Shown: positions 42,771 through 56,754, numbered from the stretch's first letter. The stretch: 64,000 bases of DNA from Eledone cirrhosa (GCA_964016885.1 OZ024742.1:278690001-278754000); one strand, 5' to 3'. The notes: generated by a model not told the origin, from the letters alone. A program made the numbers and translations.

Positions 42771-44725
42771 CTATGTTGTCTATGTTACCGTCGTGTTGTT
42801 GTATAGCATTTTCGTATAGTACTGACCCGTTTTGTCGTCCTTTTAGTTCCCCCAGTGTTGGTCTATCCTTTCACCTATGCTACGAGCTGTCTCACCTATG
42901 TATGTTGTTGTCATGTTTCTGCTAGTACCCTCTGTACATCTTATGCTATAGACTACTTTTCTAGTTTTACTGTTTATCCGGGGGTTTACCTTACATATGA
43001 TACATTTCCTATTAGTACAATGGGTTTTCTTAAAAGGGTAGGTTTTGCTGATCAGGGATTTTATGGTGGTTCCTGGCTTTTCTACCACCTTAATTTTTAA
43101 GTGGGTCTTTCTCAGGGCCTTTCTACACTGGTTAGCTAATTTCCCTCCAGGGGTAGCGTCCACAAACATAACACTCTGGCATCTCTGGTTGTCGAACCAT
43201 GAGGTGGCTTTCCCTATCTTATGTCTAGCCCTATCTAAGGTATTCCATGATTTGCTCCTGTATAATGGGCAAATTCCTTTCATGTCCAGTTCTATGAGGG
43301 TCTTATACTTCTCCATGGCTCCTTCGTATACTCTGACTCTGTCTCTTTGGTTGTAGCCAGAGAACTGCATGCGGTTGATGAAGTGTGGGATGTGTCTTTC
43401 CATTTCCGTTGGGTCGCACATGCGGGACACATTCTTCATCACTCGTACCAAATCTGCGATCAGAATATTAAACTTAGAACTACTGGGCATTGCTGAGTTT
43501 TTGAGTATCAGGTATTTGGAGGCCATGGGTTTAGCATAGTGTGAGGAGAGAATTTGGGCTCTCTCGTCTATAGTGTTAATCCAGAGTTCCGTGTCTAATA
43601 CAGGTAGTCTATTGTTAGGGTGTTTGGAAGGGAAGTCGATAGTTACAGATATAATCTGGTGTATGGAATTAGCTATCTGCTGGATGCTTTCCATTGTGCT
43701 ACGTTCAAAATCAACCTTGTTAGCGCTCTCTAGTGGGGATGTTCTTATAACTATATTGATATCGTCTACATAACGAGAGTACATGATGAGGTCTATGGAG
43801 CTCTCATTAAGGAGATCTTTAAGTCTCCTTTCCCACCTAACCATGAAAAGGTTGGCAACATCACCAGCTATGCTGACGCAAATGGCTGCTCCCTCATTTG
43901 GGTGTAGATCTTCTCGTTGAACTTAAATATGTCGCCCTTTAGGGTAGTTTTGATACTAGCCCCTATTGCATGTGCGACCAATTTTCTTACCTGATCATTG
44001 TGTTGGGGGGTCCATATAGCTTTGGTCCACCCAATCCACCTTCCCAAGGGAGTCATTTTTGCCATTGAGGTTATGGTGGGGGGTCTACCTCTTATGGATC
44101 TACTAGCGCAGAAACGTCTAAGGTCATGGCTGTCTAGGTAGTCAGTGTCGTAGGTAAGTCTAAGTAGGAGGCCCAGTTCGTCTGTGTCGACGTCGCAGAA
44201 CTCCACTTCACTCTCAATGATCATCTCCACACATTTCTTCAGAGCAAAATCAATGTTCATGGATGGGTACAGTGACACCACATCCATGCTGCCTATTATG
44301 CAGTTGGATAGGTGCCTGTTTTTGTTGCACTCACTGATTCTGCTGACGAGGTCCTTTGTACTATCACATACATCTGGGGACATCTTGATTATGGGGCGTC
44401 TAACCATTGAGAGGAAGTAGGAGATCCTGTAGCTGCTAGCTATATTAGCTCCGCATACGGGTCTTGTTAGTGGTCCTGTTGTCGGGTCGTCGACTGTCTT
44501 GTGGTGTTTGTGGAGCCCATACAAGGGTGGTATGCCATTGTTAGACGCCTGGAAGTTGTTGGCAGTGCATCTGCTTGGCTTTAGGATGTCAGTCCACATC
44601 ATCATGTGAGCGTTGAGGATTTTCTCTCTCCCATCGTGTGTTTGTTGTGCAATTTCGCGCGTGTTGGTGATGTGGGGTTGCATAGCCTTGATGTAGTTCG
44701 GCATGCTATCTATTGACATACTACC
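42770..44725 (-). mobile_element. Penelope-like retroelement copy B body (RT split by a frameshift; partial GIY-YIG)
   Basis: ORF 43868-44719 (LYGLHKHHK, RPV, SMDVVSLYPS) and ORF 42843-43844 (RYVDD, LPVLDT, YIGETARS). Confidence 0.93.
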
Positions 44726-44728
44726 AGA

Positions 44729-45786
44729 CTCCTGGAGGGAAATTAGCTAACCAGTGTAGAAAGGCCCTGAGAAAGACCCACTTAAAAATTAAGGTGGTAG
44801 AAAGGCCAGGAACCACCATAAAATCCCTGATCAGCAAAACCTACCCTTTTAAGAAAACCCACTGTACTAATAGGAAATGTGTCATATGTAAGGTAAACCC
44901 CCGGATAAACAGTAAAACTAGAAAAGTAGTCTATAGCATAAGATGTACAGAGGGTACTTGCAGAAACATGACAACAACATACATAGGTGAGACAGCTCGT
45001 AGCATAGGTGAAAGGATAGACCAACACAGGACTACAAAACGGGTCAGTACTATACGAAAATGCTATACAACAACACGACGTTAACATAGACAACATAGAA
45101 ATTAGTATAATATCTAAACATAGAAATGACCCAGCAGATAGGCAAATCAGAGAGGCCAGTGAAATCGAACTTAGAAGGCCAAGACTAAACAGAAAGAATG
45201 AATGGAATAACAACAACACCCAAACAAACAACACTGACCTAAGAGAAGTATAAATAAGTAAATAAATAGATAAATAAATAAATACATACACAAGCACAAT
45301 AACAACAAACACATATAAACACACACTAGTCACCCAATCACGAACACACATCAAACAAAACACTATACACACACGCAAACGCATGTGCAAGGAAGACAAA
45401 ATAAAATAAACAAACAAGCAAATAAATAAATAAATATATAGACAGAATAAATAAAAATGGCGTAGACATACAATGCAACGGGAGGAAACAATAGCACCAC
45501 TGACGATGTTGCAGATGTGCAACGAAAAATTTATGATAAACTATATATATGTGTTTGTGTCTATATTATATCTGTATTATTTTTAACCGTCGGTCAGTCA
45601 ATGGCAACATTGAGGACCGAATAAATTAGATTACCGATATAAAAGACACAGAAACGAAAACCGAAAAACAACCAAACGGTGAGTGTGTTCTGTTATCAAT
45701 TCTGGCAATATTACACAAATATGACCCTCCCCAAGTATAACAATATTTGTTTCGACACACGATTTCATATAAAAAACTTGGCAAAA
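44729..45786 (+). mobile_element. Inverted 3' arm of PLE copy B (linker + GIY-YIG + pLTR)
   Basis: TPGGKLANQC...YIGETARS; shares private variants with the body (INSKTRK; tactatacgaaaatgctatacaac). Confidence 0.9.
45495..45538 (+). ncRNA. Minimal hammerhead motif in the pLTR of copy B
   Basis: CTGACGA-T-GTTGCA-GATG-TGCAAC-GAAA-AATT-TA-TGATA; stem III is palindromic. Confidence 0.65.
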
Positions 45787-45806
45787 CTATATATATATAT
45801 ATATAT

Positions 45807-46505
45807 ATATGATAATAATGGAGCTGCGGCGCTGCAAATGGGTTACATATGAAAAAGTTTGTCCTCATCAGTGGCCATCCAACCGTCGTAGGCATTTCGT
45901 CGCATTAAAGGCCATATACCTCAGGTTGGTGCGAGCAACGGCTAAAAAAAGTTGTTGGGACACGTAAATAAAGGGGACGCTAAGGTAAACAAACAAAATG
46001 GTTTAAGCAGCAGAAAGAGAGGAAGAAGGAAACAAGTCCCAGATTTCTATGAATATAAATTCAGTGGAATCGTGAACGAGAGAATAAAGACCATCAAACC
46101 TGGTTGAAATGTGAGCAAGGATGGAATTTCGCACAGGTCTAACGGGAGGAAGAAGAGGTCTGGTCTGCGAATTCGGTAAACATAAGTTCTGTGAAGTCGC
46201 AGACGAAAGAGAGAGAGAAAACAAATTCATACCGGCTTGGTCAAGTGCCCCCGAGAAAAGGATTGTGGACAGGTCAAACGGGAAGAAAGGGGAGGAGGAG
46301 AGGTAGTGACAGAGAGTGAGTGAGTGAAAGGTGAGGAAGAGGCTAACAGAGAGAGACTGCTAGAAAGTGTAAAGACACAAAGAACGAAACAGACTGGTGG
46401 CAGCGGAGGAAAAAATATATGTGTAAATATGATAATAGTGGAGCTGCGGCGCTGCAAATGGGTTACATATGAAAAAGTTTGTCCTCATCAGTGGCCATCC
46501 AACCG
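45807..46505. mobile_element. Non-coding element with ~78-bp terminal direct repeats (period 620 bp), related to 20827-21552
   Basis: gagctgcggcgctgcaaatgggttacatatgaaaaagtttgtcctcatcagtggccatccaaccg at 45821 and 46441; shares atacctcaggttggtgcgagcaa with ~20898. Confidence 0.85.
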
Positions 46506-46510
46506 ATGTT

Positions 46511-46561
<51 letters not shown>

Positions 46562-46570
46562 GTGTATTTA

Positions 46571-47025
46571 TTTTGCCAGATTTTTTATATGAAATCGTGT
46601 GTCGAAAGAAATAATGTTAGAAATAATGACAGAACACATTCACTGTTTGGTTGGTGTTAGCTTCTGTATCTTTTATATCTCCGTAGTTAATTTATTTGGC
46701 AATCAATGTTTATCATTGATTGACCAACGGTTACAAATAGAGATATATATGTATATAGTTATAGTCTATCAAAGTTCTTTCGTTGCACGTCTGCAACATC
46801 ATCAATGATACTATTATGTTCCCTCCTATTATATTGTATTGTCTACGCCATTTTCATTTTATATATTTATTTATTTATTTATTTATTTCTTATTCTCTTT
46901 GTCTCAGTGCATCCGTTTGCGTGTGTTTATAATGTTTGGTGTGTGTGTGTTCGCGTTTGAGTGTATGTGTTTTTGTGTTCTGTCTTTGTTCACTAGTGTG
47001 TGTTTATATGTGTTTGTTGTAATGT
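46571..47025 (-). mobile_element. Inverted pLTR of PLE copy C, with hammerhead motif at 46767-46810
   Basis: Minus strand TATCA-TTGATGA-T-GTTGCA-GACG-TGCAAC-GAAA-GAAC-TT-TGATA. Confidence 0.85.
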
Positions 47026-47049
47026 GTTATTGTAATGTTTGGGTGAGAG

Positions 47050-48565
47050 AAATGTTCACACATGCAATAGAGGCTTGTATTAAAACTGCCCTAAAGGGCC
47101 ATATGTTTAAATTTAACGGAAAGATCTACACCCAGAATGAGGGAGCAGCCATTGCCGTCAGCATAGCTGGTGATGTTGCCAAACTATTTATGGTATGGTG
47201 GGAGAGGAGACTCAGAGAACTCCTTGAAGAGAGATCCATAAACCTCGTCATGTACTCTCGTTACGTAAACGGTATTAATATAATAAGAACACCACCACAA
47301 GAGAGTACTATTAAACATGATTTAGAAAATAGCACAATGGACAGCATCCAGCAGATAGCTAACTCCATACACCAGAGTATAACTAACTGTTGACTACCCT
47401 TCCAAACACCTTAACAATAGACTACCAGTATTAGACACGGAACTCTGGATTAACACTATAGACGAGAGGGCCAAAAATCTCCATTCACACTATGCTAAAC
47501 CCATGGCCTCCAAATACCTGATACTCAAAATCTCAGCAAAGTCCAATAGTGCTAAGTTTAATATACTGATCGCAGACTTGGTAAGAGTGATGAAGAATGT
47601 GTCCCGCATGTGCGACCCAACTTAATTAAATGGATAGCCACATCCAACACTTCATCAACCGCATACAGTTCTCTGGCTACAACCAAAGAGACAGAATCAG
47701 AGTATACAAAGGAGCCACGGAGAAATATAAGACCCTCATAGAAATGGACATGAAAGGAATTTGCCCATTATACAGGAGCAAATCATGGAATAGCATAGAT
47801 AGGACTAAACATAAGATAGGGAAAGCCACTTCATGGAACGACAACCAGAGATACCAGAGTGTCGTGTTCGTGGATGCTACCCCTGGAGGGAAATTAGCTA
47901 ACCAATATAGAATGGCCCTAAGAAAGACCCATTTAAAGATTAAAGTGGTAGAAAAGCCAGGAACTACGCTTTAAGAAAACCCACTGTACAAATAAGAAAT
48001 GTGTTATATATAAAATGAACCCCCAGATAAACTGTAAAACTAGAAATGTAGTCTATAGCATAAGATATACAGAAGGTACTTGCAGAAACATGACAACGAC
48101 ATACATAGTTGAGACAGCTCGAAGCATAGGAGAAAGAATAGACCAACGCTGGCGGGAACTAAAAGGACAAAAAAAAAAGCAAACGGTTCAGTACTATACG
48201 AACACGCCAGACGAAGAAATGACGGTAATATAGACAACAGAAATTAAAATAATATCTAAATATAGAAATGACTCAACAGGTAGGCAAATCAGAGAAGCAA
48301 CTGAGATAGAGCTAAGAAGATCAAATTTAAACAAAAAATGAATGGAATAACAACAACCATACCCAAACAAAGAATACTGACTTAAGAGAAATATAAATAA
48401 ATAAATAAATATATAGACAAGTACAATAACAAGAAACACATATAAACACACACTAGTGAACACAGATAAAAAACAAAAACATATACACTCAAACGCGAAC
48501 ACACACGGCCAACATTATACACACACGCAAACGCATGCGCAGAGACAGAGACAAGAATAAATAAA
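47050..48565 (+). mobile_element. Penelope-like retroelement copy C body (more diverged, 5'-truncated)
   Basis: FKFNGKIYTQNEGAAI, MYSRYVNGI (YVDD decayed), FVDATPGGKL, VVYSIR...YIVETARS. Confidence 0.9.
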
Positions 48566-48570
48566 TTTTA

Positions 48571-49229
48571 CAGGTACGAACGTGCAGTCAGACGCACCAG
48601 CCCGAGATACGGACAGAGCGACGAAAGCGTTCTGATTGCACTCGTCCAGTGTCAGTGTATTACTTAGTTGAAGAGTTTCACCGAACAGTTATTATCTCGT
48701 GTATGATGGATCAGGCTATCGACCGAGTCGATCGAGAAGATCATCCCAACGCTTTTTGGGGGTCGGAAAGGGTAAGCAGTGTTCTTCTGCCTGGTGGCTG
48801 TGTGCTTGACTCGGATGAAACGACTGACGATACACAGTCTTCACTTCGGCCAAGCTTCCATCTACTTTTTCAAGTCACATTTGGAAAGGAAGTTGAGGGT
48901 GGAGCGGTAAGTGTTGCCCAACCTCCGTACATTTCTTTAAAAGGGGGGGGGGGGTGAAAGTAACGACGATGGACCGTATGAATGGGTCTATTTTGACCAT
49001 ACACTTTTAGGCTGGATAGTTTGGAGAGTAGGCTGCTTTATGATTGGTGGGTTGTCTGAGTCATCTCACGGTGTTTCTCTCTTCTATTTCCTTATTGGGG
49101 AATTTTAAGTTATGTATTTTGTCATCTGTTTGTACACAATTGTAGGCAAGCCACCATCGTCCCTGTTTTTTGTATTTTCTCCTATATGTCGACACCTCTG
49201 GCCAATAAAGAAATTATTATTATTATTAT
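48571..49229 (+). mobile_element. Tx1-type LINE 3' fragment with (ATT)n tail
   Basis: gacgaaagcgttctgattgcactcgtccagtgtc matches the ORF2 zinc-finger region; ends aataaagaaattattattatt. Confidence 0.8.
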
Positions 49230-49233
49230 CATT

Positions 49234-49650
49234 TGGCAGTGGATTGGCAGTATCAGTAAAGCTTCAGATACTATGCTTTGCAGCATAAAGTTACGGCCCT
49301 TTACGTTCTGCCGTCTAATCCCACTGAGGTTACCTTTGTCTTTCATCCTTACCCGTCGATAAAATAAAGCACCAGTAATGCACTGAGGTCGTTTTAATCT
49401 ACATTCTCCTCCCCCAAAATTGCTGGCCTTGTGCCAAAATAAGAAATCATTATTATTTGTGGTAGATTGGCAGTATCAGTAGAGTCGTACGCCATGCTTT
49501 GACGCATAGAGTTACGGCCCTTGCCAATCTCAGTTCAAATCCCGCCGAGGTTAACTTTGCCTTTCCTCCTTACGGGGTCGATAAAATAAAGTACCAGTAA
49601 TGCACTGGGTAATTGGTGGCCTTGTGTCAAACGTAGAAACAATTATTATT
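49234..49650 (+). mobile_element. Two tandem SINE S1 copies (49234-49457, 49458-49650)
   Basis: Each has ttggcagtatcagta...gtcgataaaataaag..ccagtaatgcactg...agaaa..attattatt. Confidence 0.85.
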
Positions 49651-50496
49651 TGTGTTTTTCCTTTACGTTCATTTTTTTTTTAGTTTTTTGCCAAGTGTCT
49701 TCCATGCGACATGCCCAAAGAATCTCATTGCATGTATTGGTAAGCCACAAGATAATTACTCTAAATTGTCCACGTCACACACTTTAAACAGTTACAAGTA
49801 TATCATTTGCATGAATAAGTTTTTGTGTTAAGATTTTAAGCAGTTACTTTCCATTCCAGGATGCCAATATGTTCTCGAATAATTTCGATTCATTAAGAGA
49901 AACTGTCTTTTGCACAATGGTAGTCCCTACTCGAGGAAAAAGTCTTGACCTTGTCCGAAGAGTTAGTTTGCTAGAAGTTCACACACACACGCAATTTTCT
50001 TCATGGGTCATTATCACCCTAACTTCTAACCTTGGATAATTGATGATGAAACAGAGAGGCGTTGCTTGCGTTAGTTGAAAACAGAGAACAGAAGGCATCT
50101 TGGATTTCCTTGTTAATTGGATGTGTCAGGATTTAGTCATAACCATGTCTATTTTAGATGGCAACTTATTTTTCACTTCGTCTTTATTTTCAACTAAGTC
50201 TAATGAGGGTTGTAGTGTGATGCGCTGTGATGAGGACTGCTGCAATATAACGAACAAAAGATAGGATGTAGATTTAAAGGGAGAGAAATAGATAGGTGAT
50301 GGTGTTAGATAGCTAGCTAGTTATAGAAAGAGAATGGGAAAGTAAAAGTATAGTAAGAAATAGAATGTGAGTAAAAGACATTTGGAGAAGAAGGAAAAAG
50401 AGCAAGTTGGTGCACTAAACGAGAGACAGGTGTAGAGACGGGGACATGAAGACCAATGAACTGAAAGTAGTTTGAGAAAAAGGGGGAGAGAAAGAT

Positions 50497-50528
<32 letters not shown>

Positions 50529-50606
50529 ATATCTTTCTCCCTCTCTTATATATATATATAAAGAGAGAGAGAGAGAGTGAGAGAGGGGGGAGAGATAGCG
50601 AGGGAA

Positions 50607-50641
<35 letters not shown>

Positions 50642-50947
50642 GTGAGACTGAGAAGTAAGTGGACGGAGTGTTCTTCAATAATTACCATATTTTCAACGAT
50701 TGTTCTTCGCCAAATGGAATTCACAAAAGTCTAAGTGCACGTATGCGTACATGGTACATAGGATGTGTGTATATATGCGTCTGTGTTTCTGTGTGTGTGG
50801 GCCTGTATATATGTGTGCGTTTCAGAGAAATTTTCTCTCTTAAATGTAATAAACATGAGATGGTTTCAGTACAAATTACGTGCATATCTGTACATATGGA
50901 AGTGCAGACACACACATATTTATATATATATATATGTATATACATAC

Positions 50948-50993
<46 letters not shown>

Positions 50994-51777
50994 TATTGTA
51001 CACACACACACTCACTAATATATATATGTGGGTGCATGTGCATACATATATGACTATATCTATGTATGCACATATGAATGTATATATCTATATCTATATG
51101 TGTATGTGTATCATTGTAATTAAATTAGTTTTTGCTCTTGTGTACACTAAACATGCACTGAATTGATGTCTCAATTCTAATTGTGGAGTCAAAATAATAT
51201 CCGTTTTCAATGGTGACTTTTTACTTCAAAGATCTATTGATACATTCTTTTCAAACATTTGGTGGAATTTTCCTTAACTCAAACAATAATTCGTTGCACA
51301 TATTCTTTCATTCTGTCACCTGTTTTTGTAATTATACTGCAGCAATGAATGAGCCCTGACTTGATTTAGTCGATCATATCGAGCCCAGTATTCATGTTTT
51401 TAATATTTAGTGCCTATTTTATCAATCTTTATTTTCGGACATCTAAATTACGCGTCATAAAGATAAACCACAGATAAACATGAATATAGATCCACACACA
51501 TACACACACACACACATACCAGACCTGCCAGAAATGAACCAAAATGGTGAGAGTCAACAGGTCTGCACATGCAGCCTCCTCACCCCTTCACAGAAACACA
51601 TATGTGGTTGAATCCAGAAACATGTGGTTAATGGATTCACTAGCTTTCAAGCATTCAGGCCAGGTCAATACTTGTGAATTATGTGTTACCTACATCTCAC
51701 AAAAAGCAGAGAAACTATGTCTCATGGTCACTCTCTTCCCTTACTAAGCAGTAAAAATATAAATTAAACTTGAATAA

Positions 51778-51968
51778 AATTGTTTCTAATTTTGGTACAA
51801 GGCCAGCAATTAATCCAGTGTATTACTGGTACTTTATTTTATCGACCCCGTAAGGATGAAAGGCAAAGTTAACCTCGGAGGGATTTGAACTCAGATAGTA
51901 AAGGGGCGTAACTCTATGCTACAAAGCATGGCGTCCGACCCTCTGCCGATACTGCCTATCCACCCACC
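51778..51968 (-). mobile_element. SINE S1, full length
   Basis: Reverse complement of head, core and tail. Confidence 0.85.
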
Positions 51969-52299
51969 TTTGAATATAACATGGAGTCGTTGTAGATAAG
52001 CTGATTTTAATTGATTACACCGGACCAGAAGAACAATATGCAACGTAGATATAACCAGGATATACCTGTCCTAACACGCTACATGAAGACGACCATGGAT
52101 TTGCTTGTATCAGTTTCCTCCTCGATGCAAAAGTCTGGGTGGTGTGATTATATAAGTCCAGCTGTTACTTATACATGCCAGTTTCCCTTCTGCTCAAAAC
52201 CCATTTTGATCAAAGGAAAGGAAAATATCGATAGAGCTTGGTAGCAGTCTCGCCGTTACTCATTGTACCCAACTAAATTCACTAGATGAACGTGAACTA

Positions 52300-52385
52300 A
52301 ATTGACTTGCTCAAGGACATAATGCTCCAAAAGGAATCACAAACTTGTGATTATTAGCCGGAAACCCTAACCATTAAGCCACCTA
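52300..52385 (-). mobile_element. Decayed tRNA-SINE head of a different family
   Basis: Minus strand gtggcttaatggttagggt...tgtccttgagcaag. Confidence 0.5.
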
Positions 52386-53324
52386 CCCTAGCTAGCTATC
52401 TATAGTAGTCAACATCCAATTACCGAGTAGAGTAACTTTAAATATACATTTAAAAAATTAAGTTAACATGTTTTAAAACAGAGCAAGGTTTAAATTGAGC
52501 TGTTGAGGAATACTAATTATTAATAATTAATAACAAATTAACCACTTACGATATATTAATTAAACATTACGAAATATGGTGCAATTGAAAATTATTTAAT
52601 AATAATTCATAATTTGAATCATTGAAATTGATTAGTAAACGAAATTACTGAAAGCCTAAATATATATATTTATATCGGTAATTTCAAAACAACAATGACA
52701 AAGATGGTGTTTATGATAATGAGTATGATGACGATGGTGATGATGGTTATGTTGTTGGTAATAGCGTTGATGGTGACGATGATGATTGTGAGAATAATAC
52801 TGATTATGATGATGATGTTGATAACAATTAATGTGATGATGATAAATGTTGTGGCAGCAGTGATTATTGTGGTGTTAGAGCACGACATGACAACGAGCTT
52901 GATGGTGAGGGTGTTGAATATGATGATAAAGATGAAAGTAACAGTGATGATCAAGACGGTGATGAAAGGATGGGAAAATTACGATACTAATTGATATAAA
53001 TATAGAAAAAAAAAACATTCATCTTTTCATTGCCTGATGTTTAAATTTCTAATCGGGCCGCTGTACCAAAAGTACTAATTACTCTTAAAACTGCAGCATG
53101 GCCTCGGTCGATGGCTGGAACAGGTAAAAGAGTCGATAAAATAAGCACCAGTAATGCACTGGGATAATTGGTGGCCGTGTGCCAAATGTATATATATATA
53201 TATATAACGAGGGAATTGTGGTAAGGAACCAGGTGGACCATAACGCACCAGAGTATCAATACTTAGGGTAGCAGAGAGGGTTTCAGGACTGAAATAGCCG
53301 TCGAGCTTAAACTTTAATCTGTTA

Positions 53325-53374
<50 letters not shown>

Positions 53375-53627
53375 CGGACGCTTATTGGCTTAGACGTTAT
53401 TGCGATAGAGGAATTGGAATCCTACATATGTCTGTCCTAGTGAACAAACTGGTAAATGCCCGGAAATATGGAATTTTTGTATTACTCTGACATTACAATG
53501 GCGTAGAAAATATCATAATAGTATAATAACAAAACAGGAAAATAAGTTATAATGCGGACTGTAGCAGGGACATCAGAGACTGATAGTTAGAGCCACAAAA
53601 GAAAAGTATGGCGAAGTGGTTGAGAAA

Positions 53628-53752
53628 AATAATTATTTCTACTTTTGGCACAAGGCCAGCAATTATCCATTTCCATAAGGATGAAAGGCAAAGTTAACCT
53701 CGGCGGGATTTGAACTAGGAATGGCAAGGGCCGTAACTCTATGCGTCAAATC
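53628..53752 (-). mobile_element. SINE S1, partial
   Basis: gcaaagttaacctcggcgggatttgaact. Confidence 0.75.
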
Positions 53753-54826
53753 ATGTATGAGGAAAAGTTAGAGAAGGAGGGGATTCTAAGATAGAGAACG
53801 ATAACTAGGGCTAGGAGAGCAAGTGAAGAAGCGAAGCAGGATGTGGCACTGGAGGTGGTTGATGATGGGTATGGTGGTGGTTGGGAGGAGAAGGAAAGGG
53901 AAAAATATTGGAAAGCTGGGGGCATGAGATGAAAGAAGAGAAATAGGAGAGAAAGAGTAGTGCGGTAGATTTGGTGGAGAAGACAGAAGATGATGATAAC
54001 GATGATGATGGTGAGGAGATGGAGAAGAATGAAGTACAGAGGATGTTGATGATGATGATGATGAGGAAAAGTAAGAGAAGTTGTGATTTATTTTCTAAAC
54101 AAAATAAATCACGTTCACATTGATCACATGATCAGTCATATAATTTAATGAAGGAGCCTTGTTGCCAGAAACACATGTAAACAAATTACTTTAGTGAAGG
54201 CGTCGTTACTTTTATTACTAAAACAGATTTGCTGAAATGATTGGTGTAATTTGGCTCTAAATTGTTGTCGTCTGCACACCAAACAATCTAGTTGGCCAAT
54301 ACGACGAGTGAGATAGTGTGTGAATATCTTCTTAATGGCCATTAGCGACATAATAGAAATAAAAATTAAATAGATTGTAGGACTATGAACGAAGGAATGA
54401 GTGAGAGAATATATGAGAAAATGGAGGGATGGATATCTAGATGGATGAACGGCTGGAAGAATGAATGGATAGATGTATAGACGGATAGATTGACGGAGGT
54501 ATAAAGGGAACGATGGAGATGTAGATGTGTGGATGATGTTTATATGGGTGGATGGATGGTTGGATGGATGCTGGGTAGATGGCGGGATGGATGCGGGGAT
54601 GAATGGATAATTTAGTGGAGGGGAGAATGATTGGATGGAAGGCGGAAGGAATAGATGTATGGTGAAATGGATGGAGAGATGTCTAGGTGGATAGAAATGC
54701 GATTGGAGAGAGCCTGTTGGAAACTTACCTCCGTTTAACTATTGTTTTTAGCGGAGTTTGAAACTTATATTCGCTGAAATCTAATGGAGATGAATATAGA
54801 AACAGGTAAATGGTTGAAAGAGAAGT

Positions 54827-54927
54827 GGAGGAGGAGGAGGAGGAGGAGAAGAAGAAGAAGAAGAAGAAGAAGAAGAAGAAGAAGAAGAAGAAGAAGAAGA
54901 AGAAGAAGAAGAAGAAGAAGAAGAAGA
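54827..54927. repeat. (GAG)n/(GAA)n microsatellite
   Basis: Direct reading. Confidence 0.95.
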
Positions 54928-55343
54928 ATGCAAAGGAGATGAAGAAGATGTAGAAGCTAAATAGTAAGAGGATGAAAACAATCAATTCATTTACAAAAAC
55001 ACTCTCACAAAATGCGTGTGCACGATATATATACACACACATAGACCTCAATGCACACACGATATACACACACACACATACACAAAATATATGCTCAGTT
55101 ACACCATACATGTACAAAAATTATATATATATATATATATATATACAATATGCATCATATATGCATAATATAATACACACACACAAAGCATACATCTGCA
55201 CACAACAATAACAAAACAATAGACAGTAACTTATATCCCACACACAGAAACGCAACACATACGCGCACGTGAGTGTTGTGTACGTGCCTGTGCACGCGTG
55301 TCTATGTGTATGTATGTATATATGCATGTATGTACGTACGTAC

Positions 55344-55423
<80 letters not shown>

Positions 55424-55708
55424 CATACTTACATACATACATATATACATACGTACACATATATATATATATACGTACATATATATATATATACATACGT
55501 ATATATATATATATATATATATTGATAAACGGAATAGAAAATGCTGACAAATTGTTCACAGTTGAAAAATGGTTTAATTAGGAATAAAAGAGTATTAGTG
55601 ATTGTATGGGTTAGTATTCAGTTGTGGTTTTAAGATTTTAAGTTTTTACCGGTTGCGCATTTCTAAATGCTCTTCAAAAATAATTTTGAGATAGAGTGCA
55701 TATATACG

Positions 55709-55803
<95 letters not shown>

Positions 55804-55850
55804 GTATATATAGAGTGTATATATACGTATATATATATATATATATATAC

Positions 55851-55896
<46 letters not shown>

Positions 55897-55949
55897 TTAT
55901 ATGTATATGTATATACATATGTATATATGTATATATATATGTATGTATA

Positions 55950-56012
<63 letters not shown>

Positions 56013-56451
56013 GTATATGTGTGTGTGTGTGTTTGTGTATGTGAGCACGTGAGTCTGAGTCTGTGTGTGAGTGTGTGAGTGTGTGAGTGTGTGTCTGTGT
56101 GCGTATGTTCGCACAAACAGGAATCCACACACGCACATACATACAGTAGTGTAATACTTCCTATTGTTTTGTCCAGTTATCCCCCTTTAGGATGTCTTTT
56201 CTGTTACGCCACCACCACTATCACCATCACCATCCTCACTACAACCTATTTTGCCATTCCGGAGTTTCCGTTTCATTTACTTTCTCATTGGTTAATGCAA
56301 ATGAATGAAATGAAGCGACAGGTTGCCACAATAAAAAATAAATTTCCATCAACAACCGGTGATAGCAAACAACATCCTTGAGCTGAGGTAATTTCTCAGA
56401 AAATATAACAGCGTAATATACAAAATATAATTAATAAAAAAAGCAATATCA

Positions 56452-56646
56452 ATAATAATTGTTTCTACTTTTAGGCACAAGGCCAGCAATTATCCAGTGC
56501 ATTACTGGTACTTTATTTTATCGACCCCGTAAGGATGACAGGCAAAGTCAACCTCGGCGGGATTTGAACTCAGATTGTAAAAGGACGTAACTATGCTGGA
56601 AAGCATGGCGTCCAACCCTCTACCGATTCTGCCAAGCCACCGCCCT
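56452..56646 (-). mobile_element. SINE S1, full length, immediately downstream of the Tx1 tail
   Basis: Minus strand agggcggtggcttggcagaatcggtaga...gagttcaaatcccgccgagg...agaaacaattattatt. Confidence 0.88.
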
Positions 56647-56716
56647 TAATATTGATGATAATGATGATGGTAATGATGATGATGATGATGATGATGATGA
56701 TAATAATAATAATGAA

Positions 56717-56754
<38 letters not shown>

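Noticed and set aside
42843-44719. Intact PLE or selenoprotein-type (Naiad) element
   Set aside because: GIY-YIG is C-terminal, and the disruptions are frameshifts or copy-specific stops rather than conserved in-frame TGA codons.
52670-52994. Met/Ile-rich membrane protein ORFs
   Set aside because: Decayed (GAT)n low-complexity tract.
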